From positions 381,984-445,983 of the forward strand of contig JAAXWF010000001.1 in the NCBI GenBank assembly GCA_013335095.1: 64,000 bases of DNA, read 5' to 3'. Source of the stretch: a candidate division WWE3 bacterium (GTDB lineage Bacteria; Patescibacteriota; 4484-211; GCA-002791395). Positions 1 through 9,049 of the stretch are shown piece by piece. The position numbers and the translations under genes are program-made. Position 1 is the stretch's first letter, and the number at the start of each line of letters is the position of its first letter. The notes under the pieces are model-generated. The model was not told the DNA's origin and ran no database searches. It saw nothing but the letters and a program-made list of their open reading frames with translations.

Positions 1-1
1 G

Positions 2-424
2 CCTTATGGATTAATGATTGATCTTGGTGGGTTTGAAGGACTTGTTCCTCAAGAAGAAATTAGCTGGGATCAAGATCCTATTGATGAGGTACTCTCTACG
101 TTTGAAACTGGCCAAGAAGTAAAAGCTCAAGTATTAGAGATTGATCGTGAATTAGGAAAGATTCGTCTGTCACTTAAAAATGTAACACGTGACCCATGGA
201 AAGAATTAGCTGATGCTCATAAGGTGAATGACGTTGTTTCGGCAAAAGTGTTGCGTCTGACTAGCTACGGCGTTTTTGCGAGTGTCGCTGATGGTGTTGA
301 AGGTTTAATTTCAATCTCCTCAATTCCTCAAGACCAGGAATTAAAAGTCGGACAAGAAATCAAAGTCCAGATTGAAGCTTTAGATGTAGAGAAGCGTCGA
401 CTTGATTTAGTATATCAAGGCTAG
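2..424 (+). CDS. S1 RNA-binding domain protein, C-terminal part (ribosomal protein S1-like); 5' end is outside the window
   Basis: Repeated S1-type motifs (GQEVKAQVLEID..., VVSAKVLRLTSYGVFASV..., GQEIKVQIEALD). The reading frame is open to the window start. Confidence 0.6.
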   Translation, partial: PYGLMIDLGGFEGLVPQEEISWDQDPIDEVLSTFETGQEVKAQVLEIDRELGKIRLSLKNVTRDPWKELADAHKVNDVVSAKVLRLTSYGVFASVADGVEGLISISSIPQDQELKVGQEIKVQIEALDVEKRRLDLVYQG

Positions 425-534
425 ATTTTATCCCATAATATTGAATTTTTTAGTTTATATTGATACAATCCTGTTGTCTTTTGCGGCGAATTGATAACGG
501 AGCTGAGAGTTATCTCAGCATGTACAGGAGGCGT

Positions 535-915
535 ATGAGACACCGCAGTGTGAGCCCTCAGGATATCTCGGATCAATACGTCAAGCACCTGATTCTGGTG
601 CTTCGGATCTCTCCGGCAGAGATTGATGAGTGCGAGCTCATCGCCCAGTGGACCGCCACGCGCTGGGACCAGGTCCTTGAGTTCGTGCGGGGGCTTGGTA
701 CCCGCAAACTCGGCCTGCTGGTCGCCAGCGTCCAGGAGGATGTGAGCGTAGACGATCTTAGTCTGTACTCGGTCCACTGCGAGACGTGGCTGGCAAAGCA
801 CGCCTCGGGGCGAGAGTTGCTTGAGTCCATCGCCGCGACGATGCTGATCGCGCGTGTCTTTGGTCAGCTGCGAAGCCAGACCAAATGGGCGCGTCGGCCG
901 AGGGCTGCGGCGTAG
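535..915 (+). CDS. hypothetical protein (126 aa), GC-rich cassette
   Basis: SD AGGAGG 5 nt before the ATG at 535. GC-rich codon usage. Followed by a strong intrinsic terminator. No recognisable motif. Confidence 0.5.
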   Translation: MRHRSVSPQDISDQYVKHLILVLRISPAEIDECELIAQWTATRWDQVLEFVRGLGTRKLGLLVASVQEDVSVDDLSLYSVHCETWLAKHASGRELLESIAATMLIARVFGQLRSQTKWARRPRAAA

Positions 916-921
916 TTGAAT

Positions 922-968
922 GGCGGCGGGTGTGTTCCTTCGGGATACACATTCGCCGCATTTTTTTA
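922..968 (+). terminator. Rho-independent terminator (GGCGGCGGGTGTGT...ACACATTCGCCGC followed by T7)
   Basis: Long GC hairpin followed by TTTTTTT, read directly from the sequence. Confidence 0.7.
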
Positions 969-1095
969 TCTGTATACATTATTTTTTCAAATATATCTCG
1001 ATTAATTATTGAATATGGAAGTTGGTATGAAATTTGGGAGCGGATAATAATAGGGCAGGATTATTAGTCCTGCCCATGCGTTTTCCCTTTCTTGC

Positions 1096-1770
1096 TTAAG
1101 CCGGCTGGCCGGCGATCATCGCCTCGGCCCAGTACGTCTCGGTGTCATCAACCGACCTCTGGGTGAAAAGAACCCCGAGTCGTTCGATGACCTGGTCGAT
1201 GGTCAGCCCTGATAGTAGGATTGTGATCCCATTCTCAAAGTTGACCTGCGTGGTCTGCGGTATGATGAGCCCCAGCAGATCGGCAATCTGCGGGTTTCCA
1301 CACAGAATGTGGCATTGGTCGATCTCTGGGGGGAGGCCTACCACCCGATAGCTGGCCCGGTAGGGCTTCAAGATGATGACGCTGGGCCGCAGGATGGCGA
1401 GCTCGCGCGAGTACTCATCAATCCGGAAGTTTCCACCTGGCCTGGCAACTCGGATAATCTCGGCTGCCTTCATCTGGCGGTACGTGTTGTACTCCCTCCA
1501 GAAGAAGTTAGTCTCAGGCTTACTGTTTCGATAATCAGTGGCCTGGGCGAGACCGCCATGGTCGGAAACCATGTTGCTATATGGGTAGTACTCGTGGATC
1601 CCACGTTCCGGGCTCCATCGATACACCCCATGGTGGTGGCACTCCACCCACACCCGCCGATCCTCGCCTGGGAACACCCAGCCAAGGAAATCGACGATTT
1701 TGGCCTGATCGGCCGCATCCAGACGTAGTTCGCTCATAGAGCGTCCCTCCCTATAATTCTCCGAATTCAC
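1096..1770 (-). CDS. hypothetical protein (224 aa), GC-rich
   Basis: SD GGGAGGGAC 5 nt before the ATG at 1770. Coherent GC-rich ORF. Contains a His cluster (ECHHHG). No family recognised. Confidence 0.55.
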   Translation of the reverse strand: MNSENYREGRSMSELRLDAADQAKIVDFLGWVFPGEDRRVWVECHHHGVYRWSPERGIHEYYPYSNMVSDHGGLAQATDYRNSKPETNFFWREYNTYRQMKAAEIIRVARPGGNFRIDEYSRELAILRPSVIILKPYRASYRVVGLPPEIDQCHILCGNPQIADLLGLIIPQTTQVNFENGITILLSGLTIDQVIERLGVLFTQRSVDDTETYWAEAMIAGQPA

Positions 1771-1882
1771 TTTCTGCCGGTGCAGATGGATTAAGTATAA
1801 CGTAAAGTATGAAAAATGTCTAACACTATGGGGCTTTGTATCTATTAAGAAGGATGTGTCGATAGATATTCAGTAAATTTGG

Positions 1883-1918
1883 GAATAAAAAACCCGTATG
1901 CCAAACTGACATACGGGT
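1883..1918 (-). terminator. Rho-independent terminator for the minus-strand operon (ACCCGTATG...CATACGGGT followed by TTTTTTATT)
   Basis: Hairpin plus U-run on the minus strand, immediately 3' of the ORF that ends at 1929. Confidence 0.6.
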
Positions 1919-1928
1919 CCATGTTCGA

Positions 1929-2726
1929 TTACAGGTTGGATAAAAGATCTTCCAACCCATCCAGTTCCCCAGCGATTGCGGCGATTTCGCGTTCTCGCTG
2001 GTCGTCTTGAGCGGCCTGCTTTGCATCCCTCTGGATTTGTGCCGCCTTTTGCCTCTCGCGGAGCACTTCTTCCTCAGCGAGTTTTTCCATCATAGCCCGA
2101 TACCAAGCCAGGTATGCTGGCAGATCGGTTAACGTTGTCTGATCATAGATGCGCATATGTCCCATGTGCTCTCCATGATCACGCCACACCTCAAGACCGT
2201 TGCTGGTAATGCGGCTAGCGACTCCTTCGGGGATAACCACTTCGGCAAATAATGCCTCGTAGCGACTCCGCGATGCTTCTCGCTGTGCCGTCTCTACTGC
2301 ATACTGTGCATCATGCAGCGCCTGCACCTCTTGGCGTCTTTGAATCTCTTCTTGACGCCTGCGTTTATCCCTATCGATCCCTTGAGTAATGCCGATTATT
2401 GTCGGTTCGTACCCAAGAACCTGGCGAAGGAATTCATCCCCGTCATCTAGAAGTTGGCCATCAAACTGATGGGTACCGTAAGTGTAGGCGATCGGTCCAC
2501 CTTCACGGTAGCCACCTTTGGAACTAACCCCTTTGCCGTAATCGTAACCACCTCTTCCTTCAATACGAAGAAGGCAGCGCTCCATAAGAGCGATTGTTAC
2601 GACCCGATCCCGGTAGTCACCTGCATATCCTGATGTCCGGACCGAATCCGGAAATACCATCAGTGCCCAGTGATCCTTATATCGACCTTGACCGATGGTC
2701 TCGACCAAATACCAGAGACCGTGCAT
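1929..2726 (-). CDS. hypothetical coiled-coil protein, GC-rich. The start is uncertain. The ORF is open to 2915 and overlaps the upstream gene.
   Basis: Long GC-rich ORF with an Arg/Glu/Gln-rich C-terminal coiled-coil region and a Gly/Tyr-rich segment (GGYDYGKGVSSKGGYREGG). No good SD at 2915. An internal Met at 2726 lies just downstream of the stop of the upstream gene. Confidence 0.4.
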   Translation of the reverse strand: MHGLWYLVETIGQGRYKDHWALMVFPDSVRTSGYAGDYRDRVVTIALMERCLLRIEGRGGYDYGKGVSSKGGYREGGPIAYTYGTHQFDGQLLDDGDEFLRQVLGYEPTIIGITQGIDRDKRRRQEEIQRRQEVQALHDAQYAVETAQREASRSRYEALFAEVVIPEGVASRITSNGLEVWRDHGEHMGHMRIYDQTTLTDLPAYLAWYRAMMEKLAEEEVLRERQKAAQIQRDAKQAAQDDQREREIAAIAGELDGLEDLLSNL

Positions 2727-2812
2727 TCCCCGATGGCGGGATAGGCTGTTATGTCGGCCGTTTCTCAGGGTCCACGAGGTCGGACCTTGATCGGTAAACG
2801 CGCGCGTGGCCA

Positions 2813-4741
2813 CTATTGGCCTCCTTCGATCTTGGCGAGCAGTGCCGGCGGGAATATCGATAGAATCGACTTGCCAGCTTTTTCGCGCCAATCCTGATCG
2901 GCTGCCACTTCCCATCCATAGTCGCGGTAGGCGGTGAGTGCTGTCTCGATCTGCCGGTGGTCGGGGGTACCTGTGGTATAGATATCGCCCTTCCGGCTAC
3001 CACTGCCCTTGCGGCGTGACGTGGTGTAAGTCGTCCGGTCGAATTCGGTGAGAATCCAACCCTCAGCTCCTCCGACAAGTACGATGGGGTTACCGGTATC
3101 GGTATAGCGCCAACCCGATAAGATCAACCCATCGTCTTTGGCTCGACGAATAAGATCCCTGATTGCAGCGACCTTTTCCGCCGTTTCTTCTGCCGCAGTC
3201 TGAGGTGCTTCCCAGCGGTATACCCACCGGTAGTTTCCTCGGATCTTTACATACTCGACTGAAACCGTGCTGGATCCAGCGAAATGCTGGTTGCCCCGCG
3301 CAATGTCAGTGATCGTGTGCGGTCGAAGCTCATCGCCCTGGCGAATTAGAACCTGAGCAAAGCCCAGATTACTCGCCAGTTTAACCACCACATGGTGGGG
3401 GAGCTGAACGACAGCGTTAAATCTGTATGCATGGGGCTCTCCAGGCGTTTCGATGGCAATGATCTCTGCCTCGAGTTCACCCGGAAGTTGACGAAACCAT
3501 GCATCAAGCTCGTCCGATCGAAGCGGTCGAATATCCTCGACCGTGTCTGCCCGAATTCGAGCGATTTGCTCAGCATCAGGTTTCGGACCGTGTGGCCATT
3601 CAATCGATTCCCAAGCGTTTGCCGGAGCGTCTGATCTCATGACCGCATTTTCGAACGCATCGGTTGGTGCGCCCCAGTGTTGTGCGCCATCGAATAGCGG
3701 CAAAACATCGGGATGTATTACACCATGATTACTTCCAGCAGCCCAACCGTTCCATCCCGAACCTGCAACGCCGAGCCGGCGCAGTTCATAAAAGACTGCG
3801 TCTGGTACGGATCGGAGTCCAGCCATCTGGGCGGTTTGACCTGCTTCCTGATAAGCCGCGCGTGCTGCCTCCAGGTGAGACTGGGCTTCTGCCGGTACTT
3901 CTGGTACCAGGCTCGTCAGGTAGTGATTTGGCACTGGGCCAAATTTCTGCCAGACTATGGTGCCATTCTTAAGTTCCCCGACCTCGATTTCAAAGATTTG
4001 GCTCGGGAAACCGGGAATGCCCACTCTTATTAAGGCTAAGACCTTATTGGGGCGAAGTGCCCACTCAACAAACTGTCCCCACGCAGGGTTAACCCGAAGG
4101 GGATGGCAGTTAATTGAGCTGCGACTGCGCTCTGTGGTGATCCAACATACCGGTTCTGGTCCTGACAACCGATATGCTTCTTGCCCGAGCGTCACCAGTT
4201 GAGCATTGTTCCATGCTACGGTGACGCTTCGTGTTGCTCGTGCCCCAGGAACGATTTCTCCCTGCCAGCTGGCGGTAGCCACATAGCTGTGAACTACACC
4301 ATCGACGGAGAACGTCGTGCCTTCCAGGGTCACTGTAACCGTCAAGGTTTCACCATTGACGGCGATTGTCGGAGTGTCCTTGTCCCAATCTTGAAATGCA
4401 TCAAGCTGCGCTTGAACCAACGCCGCCATTTGATGGCGCTGGTTGGCCTGATCCTGTTGGATCTGCAATGCATTCTGCTGAGTAACTTCTCGCTCGTGGC
4501 GAGTGCTGATTCGCCGGATGATCGTCAAGAAGTGCACGGAACCGGACGCATTTTCCCCACCTTTGGTCGGAATTTTAACCAGCCAGATGTCTCCATTGGC
4601 TGGCTGTCGACCACTGCGTTGGGGAAAGGCAATGCGGCCGTTGATTCGTTGAGTGGCCATGACACCGCTATCGCGGGCAGGGCAAAACTCAACCTCAAAT
4701 TCTTGCTCTATGAGAGCTGCAATACCTTGAGTACGGGCCAT
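2813..4741 (-). CDS. hypothetical large protein (642 aa), GC-rich
   Basis: SD GGAGGGAC 3 nt before the ATG at 4741. Coherent ORF. No P-loop or other signature recognised. Confidence 0.55.
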   Translation of the reverse strand: MARTQGIAALIEQEFEVEFCPARDSGVMATQRINGRIAFPQRSGRQPANGDIWLVKIPTKGGENASGSVHFLTIIRRISTRHEREVTQQNALQIQQDQANQRHQMAALVQAQLDAFQDWDKDTPTIAVNGETLTVTVTLEGTTFSVDGVVHSYVATASWQGEIVPGARATRSVTVAWNNAQLVTLGQEAYRLSGPEPVCWITTERSRSSINCHPLRVNPAWGQFVEWALRPNKVLALIRVGIPGFPSQIFEIEVGELKNGTIVWQKFGPVPNHYLTSLVPEVPAEAQSHLEAARAAYQEAGQTAQMAGLRSVPDAVFYELRRLGVAGSGWNGWAAGSNHGVIHPDVLPLFDGAQHWGAPTDAFENAVMRSDAPANAWESIEWPHGPKPDAEQIARIRADTVEDIRPLRSDELDAWFRQLPGELEAEIIAIETPGEPHAYRFNAVVQLPHHVVVKLASNLGFAQVLIRQGDELRPHTITDIARGNQHFAGSSTVSVEYVKIRGNYRWVYRWEAPQTAAEETAEKVAAIRDLIRRAKDDGLILSGWRYTDTGNPIVLVGGAEGWILTEFDRTTYTTSRRKGSGSRKGDIYTTGTPDHRQIETALTAYRDYGWEVAADQDWREKAGKSILSIFPPALLAKIEGGQ

Positions 4742-4979
4742 GTCGTCCCTCCTAGCAAAATTACCCAGTAGGTTTCCATTCCTTACTCAGAGGCGATTAT
4801 TTCCGTCTCTTTTAGGGATCTTATTCGGCGTACTATTGATACCCAAAATAATATCCCTCAACGAGACATCTGTTAAAGTTCTGCGTATAAATCAATACAA
4901 GGCTTCATTATACGGTTAATTGGGTGTTATGTAAAATACTATAAGATCTAAAGCTGCACAATTTCATATGCGCGTATAA

Positions 4980-6314
4980 TTGTCGTATATGCCAAAAGAA
5001 AAGGTCGTATATCAATGTAATGCGTGCGGATTTACCTCGTACAAATGGCAGGGTAAATGCTTTGAATGTGGGGCGTTTAATTCATTTTCTGAGAAAAAAA
5101 TAACCTCAACTAAGAGCTCTTCTGTCTCTCCTGTGGGGTATTCATCGTCTGATACGGTAAAACTGAGTCAAGTCGCTATGGATGAGAAGAAACGAATATC
5201 AAGTACTATTAATGAGTTGGACCTTATCATTAACGGTGGATTCGTGCCAAATCAAGTCGTTTTGATTGGTGGGGAGCCTGGGGTGGGGAAGTCGACCTTG
5301 CTTTTGCAATTAGCGGGTCAATTCCAAAGTCTGTATGTGTGTGGTGAAGAATCAGAAGTCCAGGTCAAATTACGAGCTCAACGGATGGGAATATCGGCTG
5401 ATTCGATTACCTTATATCGTGATCGTGAAGTAAATCAGCTTACTAACTTTATTCACGATAACTATCCGTCCAATAATAACAACCAACCGACGTTAGTCAT
5501 CGTCGACTCAATACAATCAATTTTTTCTTCACATATAGAATCAACCCCGGGGGGAATTTCTCAAGTTCAATATTGCACAAATAAACTTGTCGAAACTGCG
5601 AAGAGAACAAACGTAATCTTGGTTATTATTGGGCAGATTACAAAAGAAGGCGGTATTGCCGGACCCAAACAACTTGAACATATGGTCGATTCGGTGTTGT
5701 ATTTAGAAGGTGATCGTAAAACTGACTTAAGAATTCTGCGCGTTGAAAAAAATAGATTTGGACCAACTGATCAGGTCGGGATGTTTCAGATGTCGGAATA
5801 TGGCCTAGTGAGTGCCGAGGATCTGTTAGCAAAGTTGATTGATTCGGGTCATCAAGATATTCCTGGGTCTGTTATAACGGTTGCGATGGAAGGGCAACGT
5901 CCGATACTTCTTGAAGTCCAGGCGCTCAATACAACCGCGCAATACGGAAATGCTCGCCGAGTTGTAAATGGAATGTCTTCAAATCGGGTTCAAATGCTCC
6001 TTGCCGTACTTCAGCGTCGCGTCGGATTAAAAACAAGTAATTACGATATCTATGTTAACCTCAGTGGTGGTTTTAAAGTTAATGATCCTGCGCTCGATCT
6101 TCCGGTCGCTTTAGCCGTGTATTCGGTGATTAAAAATAAGCCGTTGCCACAAGATTTAGTTGCGTATGGAGAAGTTGGGCTTTTAGGCGAAATTAAATCT
6201 ACCTGGCAATCGACTCGCCGTCGCAATGAAGCCGAAAAACGGGGATATAAAACGATTGTTGATCAGTCATTTGCCAAATCTATCGCCTCTTGTATTAAAA
6301 AACTTTTCGTTTAA
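4980..6314 (+). CDS. radA: DNA repair protein RadA/Sms
   Basis: N-terminal C4 zinc finger (CNACG...CFECG). Walker A GGEPGVGKSTLLLQ. KNRFG motif (RVEKNRFGPTD). Lon-like C-terminal domain. Confidence 0.9.
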   Translation: MSYMPKEKVVYQCNACGFTSYKWQGKCFECGAFNSFSEKKITSTKSSSVSPVGYSSSDTVKLSQVAMDEKKRISSTINELDLIINGGFVPNQVVLIGGEPGVGKSTLLLQLAGQFQSLYVCGEESEVQVKLRAQRMGISADSITLYRDREVNQLTNFIHDNYPSNNNNQPTLVIVDSIQSIFSSHIESTPGGISQVQYCTNKLVETAKRTNVILVIIGQITKEGGIAGPKQLEHMVDSVLYLEGDRKTDLRILRVEKNRFGPTDQVGMFQMSEYGLVSAEDLLAKLIDSGHQDIPGSVITVAMEGQRPILLEVQALNTTAQYGNARRVVNGMSSNRVQMLLAVLQRRVGLKTSNYDIYVNLSGGFKVNDPALDLPVALAVYSVIKNKPLPQDLVAYGEVGLLGEIKSTWQSTRRRNEAEKRGYKTIVDQSFAKSIASCIKKLFV

Positions 6315-6381
6315 TCCTTTTGTTCGTTATTTGTTAGGAAAATATCAATTAGTTTCATACTAAATAGTTACTATAGGTGTG

Positions 6382-6397
6382 TACTGTAATCACAGTA
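6382..6397. promoter_or_regulatory. 16-bp perfect palindrome TACTGTAATCACAGTA in the promoter region of the radical SAM gene; candidate operator
   Basis: Perfect inverted repeat (TACTGT aatc ACAGTA) about 65 bp upstream of the start codon. Confidence 0.4.
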
Positions 6398-6462
6398 TGC
6401 ACCTTTATAAGGAGCGGTCGTATGACCGCGTTATCTGGCTTCTGCCAGGCAAGGAGTGGACC

Positions 6463-7539
6463 ATGTTCACCAATGTTAACTCCAATATCTCGTATGACCT
6501 TTTTGGCCAGGGGGAAATTAATGTCGATGCTTGGGCAGCTATTTGTGCCCACCATAACATTGACCCACACCAGCCGGTGTTGATGCTTCCCCATGGGAAG
6601 ACCACCACGGCCGGGGGGCAAAAGATCAGTCGAATCCTGTGGGAGGTCCGAAAACTGTACTTCTATCAGGTGGTCGATACGATCGGCCAACTGTGGAGTG
6701 CCTCTCGGATCTCGACAATCGACGAATTACCGAGTGGTCTGCCCATGACCCGAATTATCTCGTTTGGCGAGTGCAACGTAAGTTGCCCGTACTGCAAGCG
6801 AGATTGCCAGTTCCGTGATGACGACGGTGAGGTGATCGTATCGATCCTGGTACCGTTAAGTCAAGTTCTGGCCGGGTGTGTGGGGGCACACTCGCGGGGC
6901 GAGATCGTCCGGTTCAGCGGCGGTGATCCGGTGATGTTTCGGCGTGAAACCGAAGCTATTGCCGAGTACCTAGCTGCTGTTCATGGGACTAAGGTTTCGA
7001 TTGCCCACAACGGCAGCGGGACCAGCTGGGTCAAACGGCTATTGCCGAACCTTAGCTCGGCGGCAATTGATCTTAAGGCTGTGCCGGAAAAAATCGGCAT
7101 GGTTATGGGGATCAAGTCCGAGCAGGGGCAAGCAATGTACACACGCTCACTAGCCACCCAAGCGGTGGTCAGCCAGGGCGGGGCATTGCTTGACGTTCGG
7201 ACGCCGGTTTTCGGTACCACTTCGACCGATGAAATGCGCCGATTGGCGTATGACATTTGTCGGGTGAATGATCTTCGGTACACCTTCTGGACATGGCGTC
7301 TGTACAAGGCGGTTCAGGGGTGTGACTGGGAGGTTGCCGAAAAGGATCGGGTGATCGAGCAGATGCAACGTGTTTCGGCCGAATTTCCTGACCTGTGGTT
7401 GGGGATTCGGGCCAAGTGGCAGCGCGGCGGCATGGAGTACCTCCGTGCTGGGCGCGTGATCGACCACTCGGCCGACGCCGAGGCCGGATATGATGCCGAG
7501 ATAGGCTCGGGCAACCAAGCCATCTTGGCGCCAGGATAA
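6463..7539 (+). CDS. radical SAM enzyme of unknown subfamily (about 358 aa), GC-rich
   Basis: CxxxCxxC cluster (FGECNVSCPYCKRD). SAM-binding-like segment (RFSGGDPVMF). SD AAGGAG 6 nt before the ATG at 6463. The upstream ORF frame from 6379 has no SD. Confidence 0.7.
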   Translation: MFTNVNSNISYDLFGQGEINVDAWAAICAHHNIDPHQPVLMLPHGKTTTAGGQKISRILWEVRKLYFYQVVDTIGQLWSASRISTIDELPSGLPMTRIISFGECNVSCPYCKRDCQFRDDDGEVIVSILVPLSQVLAGCVGAHSRGEIVRFSGGDPVMFRRETEAIAEYLAAVHGTKVSIAHNGSGTSWVKRLLPNLSSAAIDLKAVPEKIGMVMGIKSEQGQAMYTRSLATQAVVSQGGALLDVRTPVFGTTSTDEMRRLAYDICRVNDLRYTFWTWRLYKAVQGCDWEVAEKDRVIEQMQRVSAEFPDLWLGIRAKWQRGGMEYLRAGRVIDHSADAEAGYDAEIGSGNQAILAPG

Positions 7540-7560
7540 AAGGAGGTGCGAATAAATTCG

Positions 7561-7593
7561 GGCGGGTGTGTATTTCACATCCGCCTTTTTTTA
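7561..7593 (+). terminator. Rho-independent terminator (GGCGGGTGTG...ACATCCGCC followed by T7)
   Basis: Hairpin followed by TTTTTTT directly after the radical SAM stop codon. Confidence 0.7.
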
Positions 7594-7832
7594 TCTTCAT
7601 TCTAATAGTAGTCGGGGTGTTGTGGTTAATTCTGCAACATTCCGGCCTTTTTCTGATTTTCTATCTACAATTTATCAATTTTTTCCTGACAAAAAGCAAA
7701 AATCTCATTTTTTCCACTCAATTTTCATTATTCTGGTCTCATCGCACCTTAAGCGAATGGAGCCGGATCAAAATCCGGCACAATCTTGCCCCGCTGGGGC
7801 TAATCCCTCGTGCTGAGGGGAAGGAGAGGACC

Positions 7833-8276
7833 ATGTTCTCGATACTTACCGGCGTGACGGTGGACGGGATCGCGACAGAGCTTATCGTGGGGCTGATTGC
7901 GGCCCTGATTGGCTCGATTCTGGGTAATCTCATCTACCGGCCTATCCGCGAGCGATGGGAACTCCACCGCTTCGGCGGTTGGGTGTTCATCGTTCACATG
8001 CCGGACGGCCGCGAGGGCCTGCGGCGGCGCATGAGCGTCGCCCAGGTGCGGGAGTTCATTCCGCATGGTCAAAACGACCGCGATGTGGACGAGGCCGGGT
8101 TCGCCTCCTACATCACCGGGGTCGTTTCGAAGGCTGGTCCGCGGAGCGTCTGCTGGATCAATGGTGATCCGCTTACTCTTCCTGGGCTAATGACCATCAA
8201 GCGGGTTGAGCGTCAGGTCTTCATTGACCTGGCCAAGAATCCGCGAGATGAGTCGTCTGACCGTGGAGGCGGCTAG
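7833..8276 (+). CDS. small membrane-anchored protein (147 aa, one N-terminal TM helix), GC-rich
   Basis: SD AAGGAG 6 nt before the ATG at 7833. Hydrophobic N-terminus (ILTGVTVDGIATELIVGLIAALIGSILGNLIY). The 7566 start in the ORF track lacks an SD. Confidence 0.5.
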   Translation: MFSILTGVTVDGIATELIVGLIAALIGSILGNLIYRPIRERWELHRFGGWVFIVHMPDGREGLRRRMSVAQVREFIPHGQNDRDVDEAGFASYITGVVSKAGPRSVCWINGDPLTLPGLMTIKRVERQVFIDLAKNPRDESSDRGGG

Positions 8277-8286
8277 GTGCGAATTA

Positions 8287-8328
8287 GGGGTCGGAAAGCA
8301 CAGCGCTTTTCGACCCTTTCTTTTATTT
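8287..8328 (+). terminator. Rho-independent terminator (GGGGTCG...CGACCC followed by TTTCTTTTATTT)
   Basis: Hairpin plus T-run. Confidence 0.65.
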
Positions 8329-8586
8329 CTGACAATTACATGACTAAATCCACTTTTTTCCCTAACAGAAAGTAAAAAACCCACTTACCAGATTCTTTTT
8401 TCGGTATTGTGATCTTAGTAGCACATTAAAAGACCAGGTTTCCTCTTACCCAATACGAGCGGGGTGTTAGGCGGTTGATGCATAGACCGCCCGATACCCC
8501 GATCGTCCTAGCCAATCGAGCTAGGCGGGTACTCCGCATCTGCGGAGGTGGAGGCGCACATTGCGCCACTATAAGGAGGTAACCCC

Positions 8587-8943
8587 ATGGCTACCACGAT
8601 TGTTCGGATCACCCGCCACGCCGCCGAAGCCGCCCAGCTCGATGAGCTGAAGCGGATCTTTGGTGTGGTTGAGGTCGTCCAGGTCAGCGAAACGCTGCCG
8701 GGCGACCCCAAGGCTGCGGTGGCCCGGTTCGACGAGATCGCGGCGGATGCCGCGGTGGTCGAGGCCGTTCTGCCCACCAACCTGTTGGAGGCCGCGCTGA
8801 AGTTCAGCGCGTTCGCCAACCGGGGGGGCACCCTGATTCGTGCGGTCACCAACCGCACCATCGGGGTCGACGGCCAGGCCTCCTTCACCTTCGCTCACTA
8901 CGAGCGGGTGGTGAAGGTCGAGATCGTGACTGAGAAGCTGTAA
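8587..8943 (+). CDS. hypothetical small protein (118 aa), very GC-rich
   Basis: SD AAGGAGG 6 nt before the ATG. Ala/Val/Glu-rich globular-looking sequence. No motif recognised. Confidence 0.5.
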   Translation: MATTIVRITRHAAEAAQLDELKRIFGVVEVVQVSETLPGDPKAAVARFDEIAADAAVVEAVLPTNLLEAALKFSAFANRGGTLIRAVTNRTIGVDGQASFTFAHYERVVKVEIVTEKL

Positions 8944-8967
8944 CGCTTACTCGGTCACGATCTACTC

Positions 8968-9006
8968 GGGCAGGGGAGTAAAATCTCTCCTGCCCCTATT
9001 TTTCTT
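8968..9006 (+). terminator. Rho-independent terminator (GGGCAGGGGAG...CTCTCCTGCCCC followed by T-run)
   Basis: Hairpin followed by TATTTTTCTT. Confidence 0.65.
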
Positions 9007-9049
9007 GCATGAGGGAGCAATCTCTCCGCTTTTTTGATACTGTTAATAC

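Noticed and set aside
421-979. Minus-strand ORFs 421..801, 573..830 and 758..979 overlapping the GC-rich gene 535..915
   Set aside because: They are antisense to a better-supported SD-preceded ORF. GC-rich DNA produces long spurious antisense frames. They have no SD and only Arg/Ser/Pro-rich low-complexity translation.
3346-4771. Multiple plus-strand ORFs of 60-196 aa inside the 642-aa minus-strand gene
   Set aside because: All are nested antisense within a long coherent ORF with a strong SD. This is a typical high-GC artefact.
6382-6397. Palindrome TACTGTAATCACAGTA as a LexA/SOS box
   Set aside because: It has CTGT-N4-ACAG spacing, not the E. coli-type CTGT-N8-ACAG, and it does not match the Gram-positive CGAAC-N4-GTTCG box. 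It is kept only as a generic candidate operator.
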